A stretch of DNA of 64,000 nucleotides, taken from positions 27,964,001-28,028,000 of the forward strand of contig NW_024704743.1 of the NCBI RefSeq assembly GCF_018977255.1. Direction: 5' to 3'. The stretch comes from Callorhinchus milii (lineage: Eukaryota). Below are positions 26,656 to 39,746 of the stretch, piece by piece; the stretch's first letter is position 1, and each line of letters opens with the position of its first letter. Below the pieces are notes generated by a model. It saw only the letters and a list, made by a program, of their open reading frames with translations, did no database searches and was not told the DNA's origin. A program made the translations under genes and the position numbers.

Positions 26656-29600
26656 CAGTCAAAGTAACACCTTTTGGCAAATGACTTCGATTCCAATCAA
26701 CAATTCTAATTTTGTGAAATTGTCCTCAAAATAATCTCCTTTATCTAACACAACTGGGTAGATTTAAGAACAATTAGGATGTTTCTTAACAATTTGATGT
26801 GATAGTTATCTCATGAAATCTAATACGAGACTTAATGACTTTATTGTCAACCTCTGTATATGTTAAGACTATATAGAGAATGTAATAATAAGTTGTACAC
26901 CTGATCTGCTCTAATATCCAAACCTAAATGATCTGTGTAAACACTATTACCTGAACTCATCGGACATATTACATGTGCGTGTACCAAGCATTTATCTTGC
27001 CAAGGTCAAGTGAGGTCATCAGAGTACAGATATTTTCAGCAAATTCTTTGACATATTTCTCCTTGGCAAACTGCTTCCAAGCTGGTTAATTATCAGCTAC
27101 AATCTAGACTCTTCATCTGTAGTAAGTAGTTCTGAGCAAAAAACACCTGCCCCCAAAAGAGAAGTGTATTGACAATTAGATCCTCCACTTTTGGATGTGA
27201 AAGCAGTTAACAAAATGCAGATTTGCATTCCGTCTGGTTTCCGAAATCGAAAAGCCCTGAACGGTTCTTCGATTTACACAGTTACAGTGCTTATCGGTGG
27301 ATTGCTTTGAGCTGTATTCATTGCAGAGCCAGAACTGTGAATAAATAGCCAGCAAAGAATTCCAAACCTCGCAAGTGCCTTTAACCCTTTTCAACCAGAA
27401 TTAGAATTAAGGTCTGAACAGAGAGATTGATATCGGGGCCTAATTTGCAATATTCACAAGACTGTATTAGATATGTTAATTGCTACAACAACAACAACAA
27501 CTTGCATTTATATAGCGCCTTTCACGTGGGGTAGCGTCCCGTAGCGATTGGCAGTGGCTGAGTCAGCGAGCCAGGGGGAGAGGGAGGGGGGCAGTTGACC
27601 GTAAGCATGATCAAAAAAGGTCTTTAGGTGGGATTTGAAAGTGAGGAGGGAGGGGGCAATTGCAACTTCCCTTTTGCAAAATTTGTGGTGAAACTTACTA
27701 TCTGGTGAATCCCAAATCCTAAATTGGCAAAAGGCAAGAGGGTAAAATGGTATTAAAATTGGTGATATTCACAAACTGGATCTGTTGCCTTCATCGCTGC
27801 TATGTTCCCTGATCAGTCCTGGAGGTGAAGAAGGAGTAGGGGGCAAAAGGGGCATCTTCAACTGATCCTGGAAGCAGTTATTGTTTTATATGTTTTCACT
27901 GAACTTTATAAAGGATTCTAGTATTTACTTCACTGTTCCCTGATGAAGCCAGAGGAGAAGGCACAGAATATGCTATAAAGTGCTTTGAGATATCTCAACA
28001 ACAATAAGTTGCTTTATCAAATGCAAGGATTAGTAGTTTTTTCTTCACAAGTGTTCCCAAGATTACACATGTTCAGAGAGTGGAGAATGTCTTTCGTCCC
28101 ATTTAATCTCATCCCTCCAGAAAGTCCACCCTACAATCAAATGCAAGGATTACTATTATTATCCTCACATCACAGGATCAAGCTATTTTTAGAATCCAGA
28201 GTCCTAGCCTCAGTCACCCTTCCTCATAACCCATTCCAGTCATTAATTCCACTCTCTGAATGAAGAAATCTTACCTGGGATCTGTTTTGAAATTGCCCTT
28301 TACAATATTGAACTTGTGTCCTCTTGTTCTTGAAGCGTGAAAAAAAGTTTAACTTCCGGTCATCAGTGAATTTGACTAACCCCTTTGACCACACTTATGG
28401 TCACTTGCCAATCCTTCCACCCTATCCAACTTCTCCTTTACCTCACGTCCAACCTCGTCATTGTGAAGCACTCTGTTATCTTGTGTTATCCTATGTGACG
28501 GGTGCTATGTAAGAGACGGATGAAGTGTTAAACCAAGGTCACATCAGCCTATTCAGGTGGACATTAAAGATCCCATGGCACTATTGAAAAGAAAATAGGA
28601 GTTTCCCCCAATGTTCTGGGCAATAATCTTGATAAAACATTGAATATTCATTTCATGGTTGTTGGTGGGGCATAGCTGTGTGTAAGTTGGCTGCCACATT
28701 CGCCTAAAATATACACTACACTTTAACGTAAATCCTGTGAAATGCTTTTAAATGCCCTCCTGATGTGAAAGGTGCTATATCAGATAAACAGATTATTTAT
28801 TATTATTTATAAATGCAAGGTGTTATCATTGTTTTTTCTGTGCATAAAATGCTCTGAGGCACACAGGAAATTACATCAGCAATGCTTCCTTCCTATGCAT
28901 GCAATGTGCAGGAAGTGATGCCAGTGGTGACCTGATGACTTGGAAGTTGGTCGTTATTTAACATAGGAAGCCAGCTAGTCAACACCAGGAGCTGTGCTCT
29001 GGGTACGATTGAACTATACCAAGAGTACTATAATGGGGTTCCTGCATATTTTATTTTGGAGAGGATACAATACAAATTTACATTTATATAGCACCTTTCA
29101 GGAGGACACCCAAGGCGCTGGAAAGTCCCAAGGTTTGCACCTGAGCTTGGGGTGGGGGCCGGAAAAGATATCTGATGCAGGATAAGTAAGTTGCAAAAAT
29201 TGACCTCTCACTGATATCTGGTGGAGTAACTTTTCGATGGGTTGCAGTTTTTAGCCTGACTGTAGTTCAGGGGATGGTGGTGATGCACTTTTGCTCTTTG
29301 GAATGGAAAAATGCAACGTTTCACAACAGATTCTGAGCCAAATGTTTCCCGTGCTCCACAATTGTGGAGAAAGGCTTAATTGTGCAGCTAAAAATAGGGT
29401 AGTGGCTTAACAAAATCCATAACCTGTAAAGCAGCACTCAAATGCTGCCTCTGGGCATATAAAGTATTTTCATTTCACTGTCTCTGAGCAGGTATTCAAA
29501 ATAAGCGTCCCAACAATTTAGAAAAGATAATTATCATTGAACATCTAAAGATAAACATTTCTGCAACATCAAATTTTTCACCCTTTTACGTGTACTGTTG

Positions 29601-29902
29601 CTTGCACCAAACCATTTTGTAGGATTGCCTGGTATCAGCTACCCATCTAGTGAGAGTTCAAACCGTGCTTCTCAGCAATCTATTCACCATCTTCCAAATA
29701 TGCTCAGGAGAGGGGTTGGGGGACGTGACTGAGGACAAGAAAAGCTAATAACTTGTTTCCATGTTTTCCACTGCACTATTATTGAGGGAATTGGGGAGTA
29801 AAATTCATCCTATTGACTGCTTTTGCCTTGTTTTCCAGACATCTTTTGTCTCACTCCAAGGGCTAAATCAGTACACTGTGGTTCTGTGTTAGAGTAATAA
29901 TG

Positions 29903-30264
29903 TAATAATAATCCTTGCATTTGATATAGCCTCGACATGTCTCAAAGCGCTTCACAGAATATACTGTAAAGTGAATTGAATGTATATTTTGTGGACGAAA
30001 TGTGGCAGCCAATTGCACACAGGCAGTGTCCCACAAATAGTTGTAAATTGAGTGACCAAATTATTATTATTATTTTTTGAAGAGATGATTACCCCCGGAA
30101 AAGCGATCTGCCAATTGGCTAACAACCTGGTTCCTACTTACTGCCAGGTAAACAAAGGTGTGTGGAGTAATGAAACTTGCCCAATGTTTCGCCTTGCCCG
30201 GGAATCGAACCCAGGTCCTCTCACTTTCGAGTCGAGTGCTCTAACCACTAAGCTACAGGACTCC
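29903..30264 (-). mobile_element. tRNA-Deu SINE, long form, full length
   Basis: Intact B box (reverse complement GGTTCGATTCC), central segment and tail. Confidence 0.93.
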
Positions 30265-31064
30265 ACAGAGTAATAACTGGCTGCAGATAAACAACAGGCA
30301 ATAGCTGAGTTATGATTGATACTCTTGAAGAAAACATTAAACAAGAAATTCATTTATCGGAAATTGTTTCCAGGAGCCCTTCTGCCGTGTTCCCTGCTGT
30401 ACTCCAGGGAGGTGAATAATAACGAGACATTATCCAGGCTTTTTAATGAGTTCTCATACAGTAGTCTACTTTGGCACTGGGTCCCCAGCGCTGTGCTACT
30501 TTTCCACAGTATTCTTTTCTGGGAGCAGTGAGTGTTCAATGTCGATTTGTCAGCACAGTTGTGAACTGAGCAGGAGGCAGATGTCAAAGCACTTGAGCGG
30601 AGTGAAAGTGTTACAGTTGCCTCTACACTGGAGCTCACCAGCCTGGGCAGGGGGAGAAGGAAGACTGAGAAGAAGTGTGTCAGAACTGCCTGTGTGCGGT
30701 CTGCATGCCACACTTTTTGTTGTAAACCCTTGCGTTCATTCGCCTATAAAGTACTCCAGCTGTTCCCCTGCAGCTGTCCAATGTACTTATTGCTGCACTT
30801 TATGATACTGTCTGTTACTGTGCATTTAGGCACCTGCTCATTGTCTTTTGTCATTAATAATAATAATAATAATCCTAGCATTTAATATTACCCTTGAGCA
30901 CGTTGTCAAGATTCTTTAAGCACTTCACAAGATATACTGAAAAGTCATATGACTACTTGTATTTTCATGCAAAACTATTTTTTTTAAAGTGCATGACAAA
31001 CACTGCTCAGAAGGTTGTGGGTTCAAACCCTATGGCAGGACTTTGAACTCTATAAAGAGCTAAT

Positions 31065-31495
31065 CATAATAATCCTTGCATTTTGATATTGTGCCTTATC
31101 ACGTTATTGAGATGTCTCAAAGCACTTCACAGGATATTCTGTGAAGTGAATTGACTGTGTATTTTGTGGGTGAAATGCGGCAGGCAGTTACTCACAGCCA
31201 ATTAGGGTTAGGGTTAACCCTAATAAGCTCAGCAATGTCCCACAAACAGCCATGAAATGAATGTCCAATTTTATTTGGGGGAGTTGTTGGCCAGGACATC
31301 AGGAGAAACTCTATTCTCTCTTCAGATAATGGCGCAAGATCTTTGACGTCCATCTGAACAGGTGGATCGGATCTCGGTTTAACGTCTCATCTGAAGGACA
31401 GCACTTCGGACAATGCAACACTGGATTGCAGCATTGCATTGGAGTGTTGTCTTAGACTATGTGATTCCAAGTCCCGGCGTGGGACTTGAACCCAC
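31065..31495 (-). mobile_element. Deu-domain SINE (SacSINE1-like) with the same 3' tail as the young SINE
   Basis: Deu core (ctcggtttaacgtctcatctgaaggacagcac) and head remnant gggacttgaacccacaa. Carries a telomere-repeat insertion at 31201-31224. Confidence 0.8.
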
Positions 31496-34400
31496 AAGGG
31501 CAACATATACAAAATATAACAGTTGTTACTAGTCAATGGGCGTCCCCTTTCAGTCAGAGATTGAAGACACAAGGTAACACCAGAGAGAGAATGTTGAGAG
31601 GTCGATTTTGTATTCTGTGTTGCTTTGGTTATCACTTTTTTGTTGCTCATAAGACTGACTGGAATTGTAATAGTCTTCTCATTGTGGATTGATGACCAGG
31701 TACTTTTCTGTGGTGCCCTGCTGTTAGTTGTACCAGTTCCCTTGAGGGGCCAGGTTTAATTCATGCAGAACAGGGCTTTAAATGTCTGGGGAAGACGTTA
31801 ATACCCATTACAAAACAGATAGGTACGCTTAGATTTGTGGCTTTCACCAGTACTGCTGTGCTGCTTCTCCATGTTGTGTTATATAGCTTCCTTTCCCAGA
31901 TCTCCTGGCTGCTCACCTCCAGACACCGTAACAGAGAGGACAGATAAACGCTTCTCTGTGTTTTACCCAGGGCTCGGGATTAACACAAGCTGACTACAAT
32001 ATCCAGTAAATCTGTCAGCTTTACTGCTCTGCTCTACAGCTGCCAAGAAAACGATGCGGGTGACTTACATTATTCAGGGAAAGATAAATGGAAAATATGT
32101 CAAGCGTAAAAAAAAGATTAATTACTTAAGTCATTGATCATTTTAAACTGCCCCAGAATTTCATTTTGTTCTTTTTTTCATATCTCAATCTCCAACAGGA
32201 CTTCATTTTCACACTGAACTCCTCCTGCTGGGTGGGAGAAATCATCTGGTCTGTTCCACAGTTGTCTTCAAGTGCTACTATGTGTGAAATGATAGAGGGG
32301 CAATTTGCTGGATAGAATAGCTGTCCATCCTATTGGACATTTCCCCTTCTGCTGACTTTTACCTCTCCGTTTCCATGAATAAAAGTGTAGGCTTGACTTA
32401 AGAGACACTTACCCCTTGACATGGAGACAGTTCAGAGCACAGAAACCAGGTTGATCCCTGGTGAGAGAAGGATGAGTTATGAAGGGCACCTAGAAACAGA
32501 GGGTTCTTACAAATATACATAGGTGTATAAGATAATCCGTGAGTGAGAGGAAATAAACATGGAAGTATAATTTCAGAAACACAAAGGAAGCAAATGAAGA
32601 GGGCACAGGTTTGGGACTGTGAAGAGTTAGGCTAGTTGTGTGTGTGCACTCACGTTTGGGTCTAAGTGTATATGAGTGTATGTTTTAGTGGGTATGGTGA
32701 GTGATATTTTACACTGTCGAACTGAACTAAACAATCCTTAAACCCGATGTCACACTCAACCTAACTCCTGTGGGAACAGAGAAACCTAGGAGAGCAGGAG
32801 CAGGCCATTCAGCCTTTTGAGCCTGTTCCACCAGTTTATTAGATCTTGACAGATGTTCAAATACAAATACCCTGTCCTTTTGCTGACGCAGCTATAGCCC
32901 AATCAAGAGTTTCCTGATGGCATAACATGGCTAGACCTTCACGATTAACTATGTTGCAGTTGTATTGCTCCCAGAAACCTTACATCTACAGGATAGTTAT
33001 ATAGAAATCTCAATACTACAGCACAGTTGGAAAGGACTCACTTAAAAAATCTCCCCAATACTTGCATGATGATAATAATAATAATGATAATCTTGCATTT
33101 GATATAGCACCATATCACATCATTGTAAAGTGTAGTGACTGTGTATTTTGTGGCCAAAATTTATAAAGATAATAACTCTTATTTGTATGAATTGTATCAT
33201 TGCCTAAGTCATACATTCACCCAAGTCCCATTCAGTTTCCTATTAAAAACACTTAGATTTATTTGGACTTGTCGTATTAATCACCTCCTATCTCGTAACT
33301 CTGCTCCCCTATCCTTCATTATTCCCGCACTTACCGGCTGCATTGAATCGAGGGAAATGATGTACTGACCCATCGACACAAGTGCACAAGGACTTTATTT
33401 CCTGCGATTCAATGCGATTCCAATGCTTGATGGTAAATGTGCATGCAACGACGTGTCAAGACACATTGAATCGCGCAAAAAGTAGTCTTGATCTATCACC
33501 GAATGCCAACTGAACATATAAAACAATAAAAATAATCTGAAAACCACACAGTAAAAGTCTGCCATGCAGCAACAACAACTTGTTCAATTGCTGTAGCTTA
33601 CACACCAACAGTCAGCACATTTCCAGAAAAAAGGAATTAACATCCCAAAACACTCAACAGTCCATTCCATTCTCAGTTTGGTGGTGGGGGTCTTACGCAT
33701 GGAATCACATAGAACTATGTGGCACAGAAACAGGCCATTCAGTCCAACCAGTCTGTGCTGTTCCTCATCTTGTTTCTTACTCTACTTTTAGAATATATTA
33801 CACCATTATTTCAAATTAATAAAGGTGACTAAGAAATGCATAGTTTTTCTTAAATGAGACTGTCTGGTGAGGAATCTTCGGGGACTGTTAAAGCAGGTTT
33901 GTAAATAGAGGGCAAGGCCATGATTGAGAAAAGCAGTGTACACTGCTACAAAAATAAGATGGTACCTCAAAGCATAAGCATAGCTAAAGCATAAAACCTG
34001 TTATTATAGTTGATATAAGGAGTGATTGTTAATAAATTTACTGACCTTGGATCTATCCATTATAAGGTCTAAAGGCCATTAATTCCACCACGTCTTGTCT
34101 TGTAAAACCATTTTTCTTTTTATATTTACAATCCCATGGAATTGTGTAAACTCAGCTTAATGTGGGAACAGTGTCTTTTTAAGAACTACTGAGATTCCAA
34201 ATTCACACTGAGTTGAAAATTGTTTCCACAGTTTTGCATGCAATTATATTCTAAGACAAAATGGTCTCACAAGGTTAGACAATGTGGGATTTTGTGCCCT
34301 ACATATCTCAGATTTACTTACCAGGCTCCACGCTGGATGTTATTTGTGAAGTTTGCAAAGGGGTTTCTCACAAATAAACCCTGCGGCTGTTTCTGAGGCC

Positions 34401-35199
34401 AACTGTTGGGAGCTGCCACTCAGTCACCAGTCTCACTCTTAATTTCCGTGAAGCTGAATGGCAGCCAAAGAATAAGAATAATAATCCTTACATTTGTTAT
34501 AGCACCTTATCACATCCTCAAAATGTCTCAAAGCGCTTCACAGAATATACTCGTGGCACTGGGCAAGAGCTCAGCGGCACTTGGTGTCGGAGGGTGGGTG
34601 AGAGACAGTCTGGTTCCTGCAGATTTGTTGGTTGCGAATCCTTTTGCAACTCTTGCAAATTAGATCTAAATGTCTGCCTCAGCACATCTTTTTCACCACG
34701 CGTTCCCTGTCCATTCCCAGCAGGCGTTTAAGAGGAGGCAGGTCCTGCTTTGCCAGCTGCTGATCCTGCCCAAAATGTTTCCAGTCTGACTACAACGCCC
34801 CTATGCACATTGTGGTTCTCCTTCCATTCTTTCACTGGGAAACGTCAGTGGAGAAATCCCAGAGCTGGTTTGTTTTATTTTCTGTGTGTGCCTGGAAAGA
34901 ATGCACAGAGTGGAACTGGAATTAAATATTACAAGATGCTCAACGATAGTTTAAACCCAAGAGTCAGAGTAACATGCAGACCCTTGGCATGCTGTTTTAG
35001 CAATATCAGTGACCCTCTGTTGCATCTAATATCAGTTGTAGTCTCAGCTTCAGTTTTTGTTTTCCTGCCAATTTTCCTGGCAAACATTAGCTGCTGTGTT
35101 TATTTAACAACATTCATTTTCATTTTTAATCAATTAGATTTTGTAAAGTCATTCCAGACGTTTATTTTTTTATGTGAAAGACAATCATATAGCAAGCTA

Positions 35200-35475
35200 T
35201 TGTTATTTTCTCCCCTCCTCTTCCGAAGGTCTATTACTCTTACTCTTACTCCCCCTTTCTAACTGCTACAATTCTACTGGGACTGGGCGCTCTCAGGTAC
35301 CTTGTTCATCATTCATATGTGAGTGTCAGCAGGCTGTTCGAGCTGTGGGTGGAGGGGAATCCTTGCCTTGCAGCCTTGCCTAGTCGTAGCCTCACCCAAT
35401 CTCCACTTACTCCATGAAGAACTCACTAGATCCCCATCAGGAGCGAGAACCCCAGCTCATTTTCATTTCCCTGAC
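35200..35475 (-). mobile_element. Ancient LmeSINE1-like SINE
   Basis: Reverse-complement similarity to 35680-35945 (ttttctcccctcctc..tcatatgtgagtgtcagcaggctgttcga..cctcaccca..atcaggagcgagaaccc). Family name is from recall. Confidence 0.6.
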
Positions 35476-35549
35476 TGTTAACTTATTGTTAGTTTCCTTA
35501 CTCCACATGCCTCTGTTTACCCAGCAGTAAGTAGGAACCCAAAAAAAGT

Positions 35550-35945
35550 CTTGTGGTTAAAAAGCGTGTTATAGTACAGCACATACAGAGGTCATAGGTC
35601 TAAATCCTGGTTTGTGCTGAGTTAGCTAGTCTCAATCTTAGCAATTAGGTCACTAAAATTGACCAGCTCTTATGTTCAGAGGGGAATCATCAGCCAGGAT
35701 TTACGCTCCTGCTCACGATCCAAAGACCCCTGCTGGGAGCTGTACATGTGTGGACATCTTGTGAGGATTCTCTGACTCATCTGTGATGCCTCCTGTGATC
35801 GAATTGCCTGTCAATACTCCCTGACGAATCTCATATGAGCAGAGGCTGAAGTGGGTGACCGTCACCCAGGGATTCGCACTCCAGTGGAAGGAAAAATTAG
35901 TGAAACTGGAGAGGAAAGATGAGGAGAAAATTGGAAGAGAAACAT
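35550..35945 (+). mobile_element. Ancient LmeSINE1-like SINE
   Basis: gtgctgagttagct..tcagccaggatttacgctcctg..atcca..gacccctgctggga..gtgtggacatc..ggagaaaattgg. Related copies at about 43580-43790 (+) and 57920-58270 (-). Confidence 0.65.
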
Positions 35946-37174
35946 TAACAAAAAAAAACAACTGAAAAATGCGATGGGTTGCATTGAAACGTAATAGATT
36001 CAATGTGATGCTAGAAGAGTTTTGTCTCATCAGTCTGAGTCTGAGTTGAATTCAACACTAAGTCCCAGAGATGAGAGCGCAGTCAGTCTGTGTCCTTGCA
36101 TTTATAAACAGCTGGATGATAACTAGAGGAAATAAAGTCCATTATGCTCTTCACTCTGGTGCTCTAAGACTCAGATTGCAGAGATTTATTGTGACACATG
36201 CATCTCTCAATAATCTTCGTATGGGGAAAAAACTGATGACCCAATTCCAGTGCAATGAATTTTCATGTTATCCCAAGGTCTACAGTGGATTACCTCTCTG
36301 TTGACCCAGATGTTTCTAAATGGTGGAAAAAAAAGTTCACACATAGTATAATCAGAATGTTGTCTTAATTAGGAACTTGAGAATATCCTGTGAATATATC
36401 ATCAGTGTAAGTATGATACTGCATTCGAGGGTCTTGACCCTTTGCACTAGATATACATTACACAAAACAAATGACTCCTGGTGATTCCAGACTTGAAAGT
36501 TTCCATGAGCAAACCTAAGAGTTTATTCCCTCTACTGCCATAAATGCTTGGTACGCATCAATTCATACCTCTGCTATTTCTGCTGGGCTGGGCTGTGGTT
36601 AATCAGTCACCGGTTTTCATAATTTACTGTGTATGTCAGTGCAGTGAGGTAAGCATGACATCCCACAGTTGCAAATGTTAGCAATCCCTTCCACCACCCA
36701 CTCAGGAAAACAGTTCAGACTCTTCCATTGCAGGTTATTGAAAAGGTTTGCTCCAGCAATAGTTTGGCGATCAACTAATCCAACAGTTGTGTTTTATAAA
36801 TAATCTTTAATTTGGAAACCCAGAGATTTATCGTGCAGAAGGAAGTAATCTTCGTGAGGTCGATTTCAGTTCAAAATCCTCCACTCCCCTTAACCAAGGA
36901 AACCATTCTTTCACTGGTTTAGCATTCATTTTACCTTGATCCTCGGATTTGAAGTGGCAGAGAGTGGTATCAGACAAAGGTGGGAATTAGCTCTGATGTG
37001 GGTCAACTGGAGTAATTGTCTGCATTGGGTGAAAAATGCATTATTTAATGTGCTAATTATCACAAATCACAGGTTTTCCACTCTTCCAGCATTTCCTATT
37101 CGCAGTCTGTGTTAATGGACGTTTCCTAGAATGTAAAATGTCACCTTAGCCTTGCTCTTTACAAGTGTGCTTTT

Positions 37175-37490
37175 GAGTCCTGTAGCTCAGTGGTTAGAGC
37201 ACTCGCTTTGCAAGTGAGAGACCTGAGTTCAATTCCAGGCAGGGCAAAACCTTGGGCAAGTTTCCTTACTCCACACGCCTAATAATAATCCCTCCAAAAC
37301 CAAAAACAATAATAAATTGGTCATTTTCAATCTACGACTGTTTGTGGGACATTGCTGTGCGCAATTGGCTGCCGCGTTCGCCCACAAATATACAGTCAAT
37401 TCACTTTACAGTGTGTTCTGTGAAGCGCTTTGGGACATCCTCCCGACGTGAAAAGCGCTATATCAAATGCAAGGATTATTATTATTATTA
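37175..37490 (+). mobile_element. tRNA-Deu SINE, short form, young copy
   Basis: Nearly identical to 59594-59916; CpGs retained. Confidence 0.95.
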
Positions 37491-38249
37491 AAATAAGAAA
37501 TCATGGGATGAGAAAATCTCCTCTCAATCTGTAAGGCTAGTTTGTTCTGCAGACCACACAAAGCCTATCATATTGTGACTTCTACCTACCCACCCATCCG
37601 TTTACCCACTGTGCCCCCTGAAAAAGATCTGTTTGGATAATCCCTGAACCCTATCAAGTGAAATCTCCAAAATATTCATACATCTAAAGTCAATTCTGGC
37701 CTCAACCTTCTCTTCCCTCCCCCCCACCTCCATGCATTCTCAGCACAATGATAGCGTCTCAAGGAAATTCTGATGTAAAAGCCATTTTTTGTAATTTTAA
37801 GATGTCAACTCTCTAGGTGTTGATGTCCTGTAGTGTTCTTGCTGAGCTCTGCCAGGATGCTTAAGTGAGGAGTGGGCTGTTTGAGCGCAGAGGTCTCATG
37901 ATCTGCATTGAGTACATGACACATTTATTGTAGGCGTAAAATAATGTCAACTTTAACTCATAAATTTCAAACCATTACATGCTTTGTGCCGGCGACAATT
38001 AACACAAGGCACAAGTTAAGGAAGTTATCAAATTTTATCACATTTCTTTGTTCATTATTCTGCATTTTAAGACCACTAGGAGTCAATTTTCTCCACCTTT
38101 GCTGTTGCATGGTGCTAATGGAGTCCTAATGGAATGTTATCCAGCTAAGGCAAGAGAGTTTAAGTAACAAGCAGAACATGAGTTCCATGACCTTTTGCTT
38201 GTCAAGATATGTTCCCTTTGAACTGCAGGCTTCTGCAAACGCAGAATCT

Positions 38250-38990
38250 CAAGAATGATCTGGAAGAAGAAGCCCTTTGGCCCATCTGATCTATTCCCTC
38301 CAGAACACCCGTCCTCCCAACACTACATCAAGCTGCTTTATGAATGACTCTAATGTCCTAGCCTCTATGATCTTTCCCAGCAACCTGTTCCAGTCATTGA
38401 TTACCCTCTGCCTAAAGAAAAACTTGCTGGTGTCTATCCTGAAATTGCTCTTTACAACTCCATCCCAGGGATGTATCACCAGGGGTCGATAAAGTAATCA
38501 TTAATTAAGAAACATTTACTTTGTTGGCCACCACAGCTCTAAACCTATTTCCTTTTGTTCTATTGTCGATACATTCCGAAGTATTGATCTGGGTTTATTT
38601 TTTCAATCCCATTCAAAATTCTGTACACCTCTACGAGGTCCCCTCTGAGTTGTCTTCTCTCAAGACTGAAGAGCTCTAGCTTGTTTTGTCGTTCCTTACA
38701 GCTCATTCCCCTCACACTGGGGATTATCCCCGTTGCTCTTCTCTGCACTGCCACTAGCGACTGGTCATTTGCCCCTTATCTCGCACTGACCAGAACTGTA
38801 TGCAGTATTCAAGGTGCAGTCTGACCAGAGGACTCTACAGCCTGAGAATGATGTCTGGGGATCTAAACTCAACTGATATAGCCCAGCATTCTGGTTGCAT
38901 TGCTTATTTCTGACTCAATGTCTTAACATAGTGAGCGACAAGTCAGTTAGATCTCTTTCTGCTTCCGCTTGGAAAATTCAATCCCAGTTA
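38250..38990 (-). mobile_element. CR1 LINE ORF2 C-terminal fragment (pseudogenised)
   Basis: Translations AVQRRATGIIPSVRGMSCKER..LELFSLERRQLRGDLVEVYRILNG and FRIDTSKFFFRQRVINDWNRL are typical CR1 ORF2 C-terminal motifs. Confidence 0.9.
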
Positions 38991-39746
38991 TGGGGTACTT
39001 CTGTTTCTTAACTTGGATCCTCTATGTAGTACCTTGCAATTATCAGTTTGTTGATACAGGCTTCTATGTCGTTTATGGATCAATACATTTGCAATGGTCT
39101 GGAAGGAGACTGTGCCAGAGTGGAGTTTCTGTCAGTCAGTGTGACACACATCCATTTACTGACAGGATTCAATATTTACAAATCAATTTTGAATTCTGTT
39201 GCTGATCCATATACTCACTTGACTCCCGATGGCACCATTTTGAAGCTGATGTTTGCGCTTAACTTGTGCGTTCCCTACTCATCTCACTTATATTTTCATG
39301 TGAGCTTATTGCCAAACAGGGTTGACATGGGGATGTACTATTTTTTCAGCACCGTCTGAACATGGCATTAGCATGTGTATGTACGATAAGCAAAGATTAT
39401 CTCTGAAGACCTCTAAGACATACTGAAAGAAGGTTCAATATTTTCAAGTGGAGGCGCTGCATTGCTGAAAAGATGGCAAAAAACAGCAAAGAGAAATAAT
39501 AATAATAATATTCTTTGCATTTGATATGGTGCCATATCACTTCTTCGAAATGTCTCAAAGTACTTCACAGAATATACTGTAAAGTGAATTGACCTTATTT
39601 TGTGGCAAATTAATTAGAAACAATGAACAGACCTGGAAAATTGACTAAGAAAAACATGAGTGCAATATTTAAGACCATGGATAAGTATGTCCTACATTAG
39701 TGTAATTCGCTAAAATGCTCTCTGGCCAACACATCTGTGGTCTGTG

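Noticed and set aside
30316..30885. Overlapping ~119-aa ORFs on both strands in unique sequence
   Set aside because: No recognisable homology, stops interrupt the coding-looking frame, and there is no convincing splice-site pair. It may be a non-coding element.
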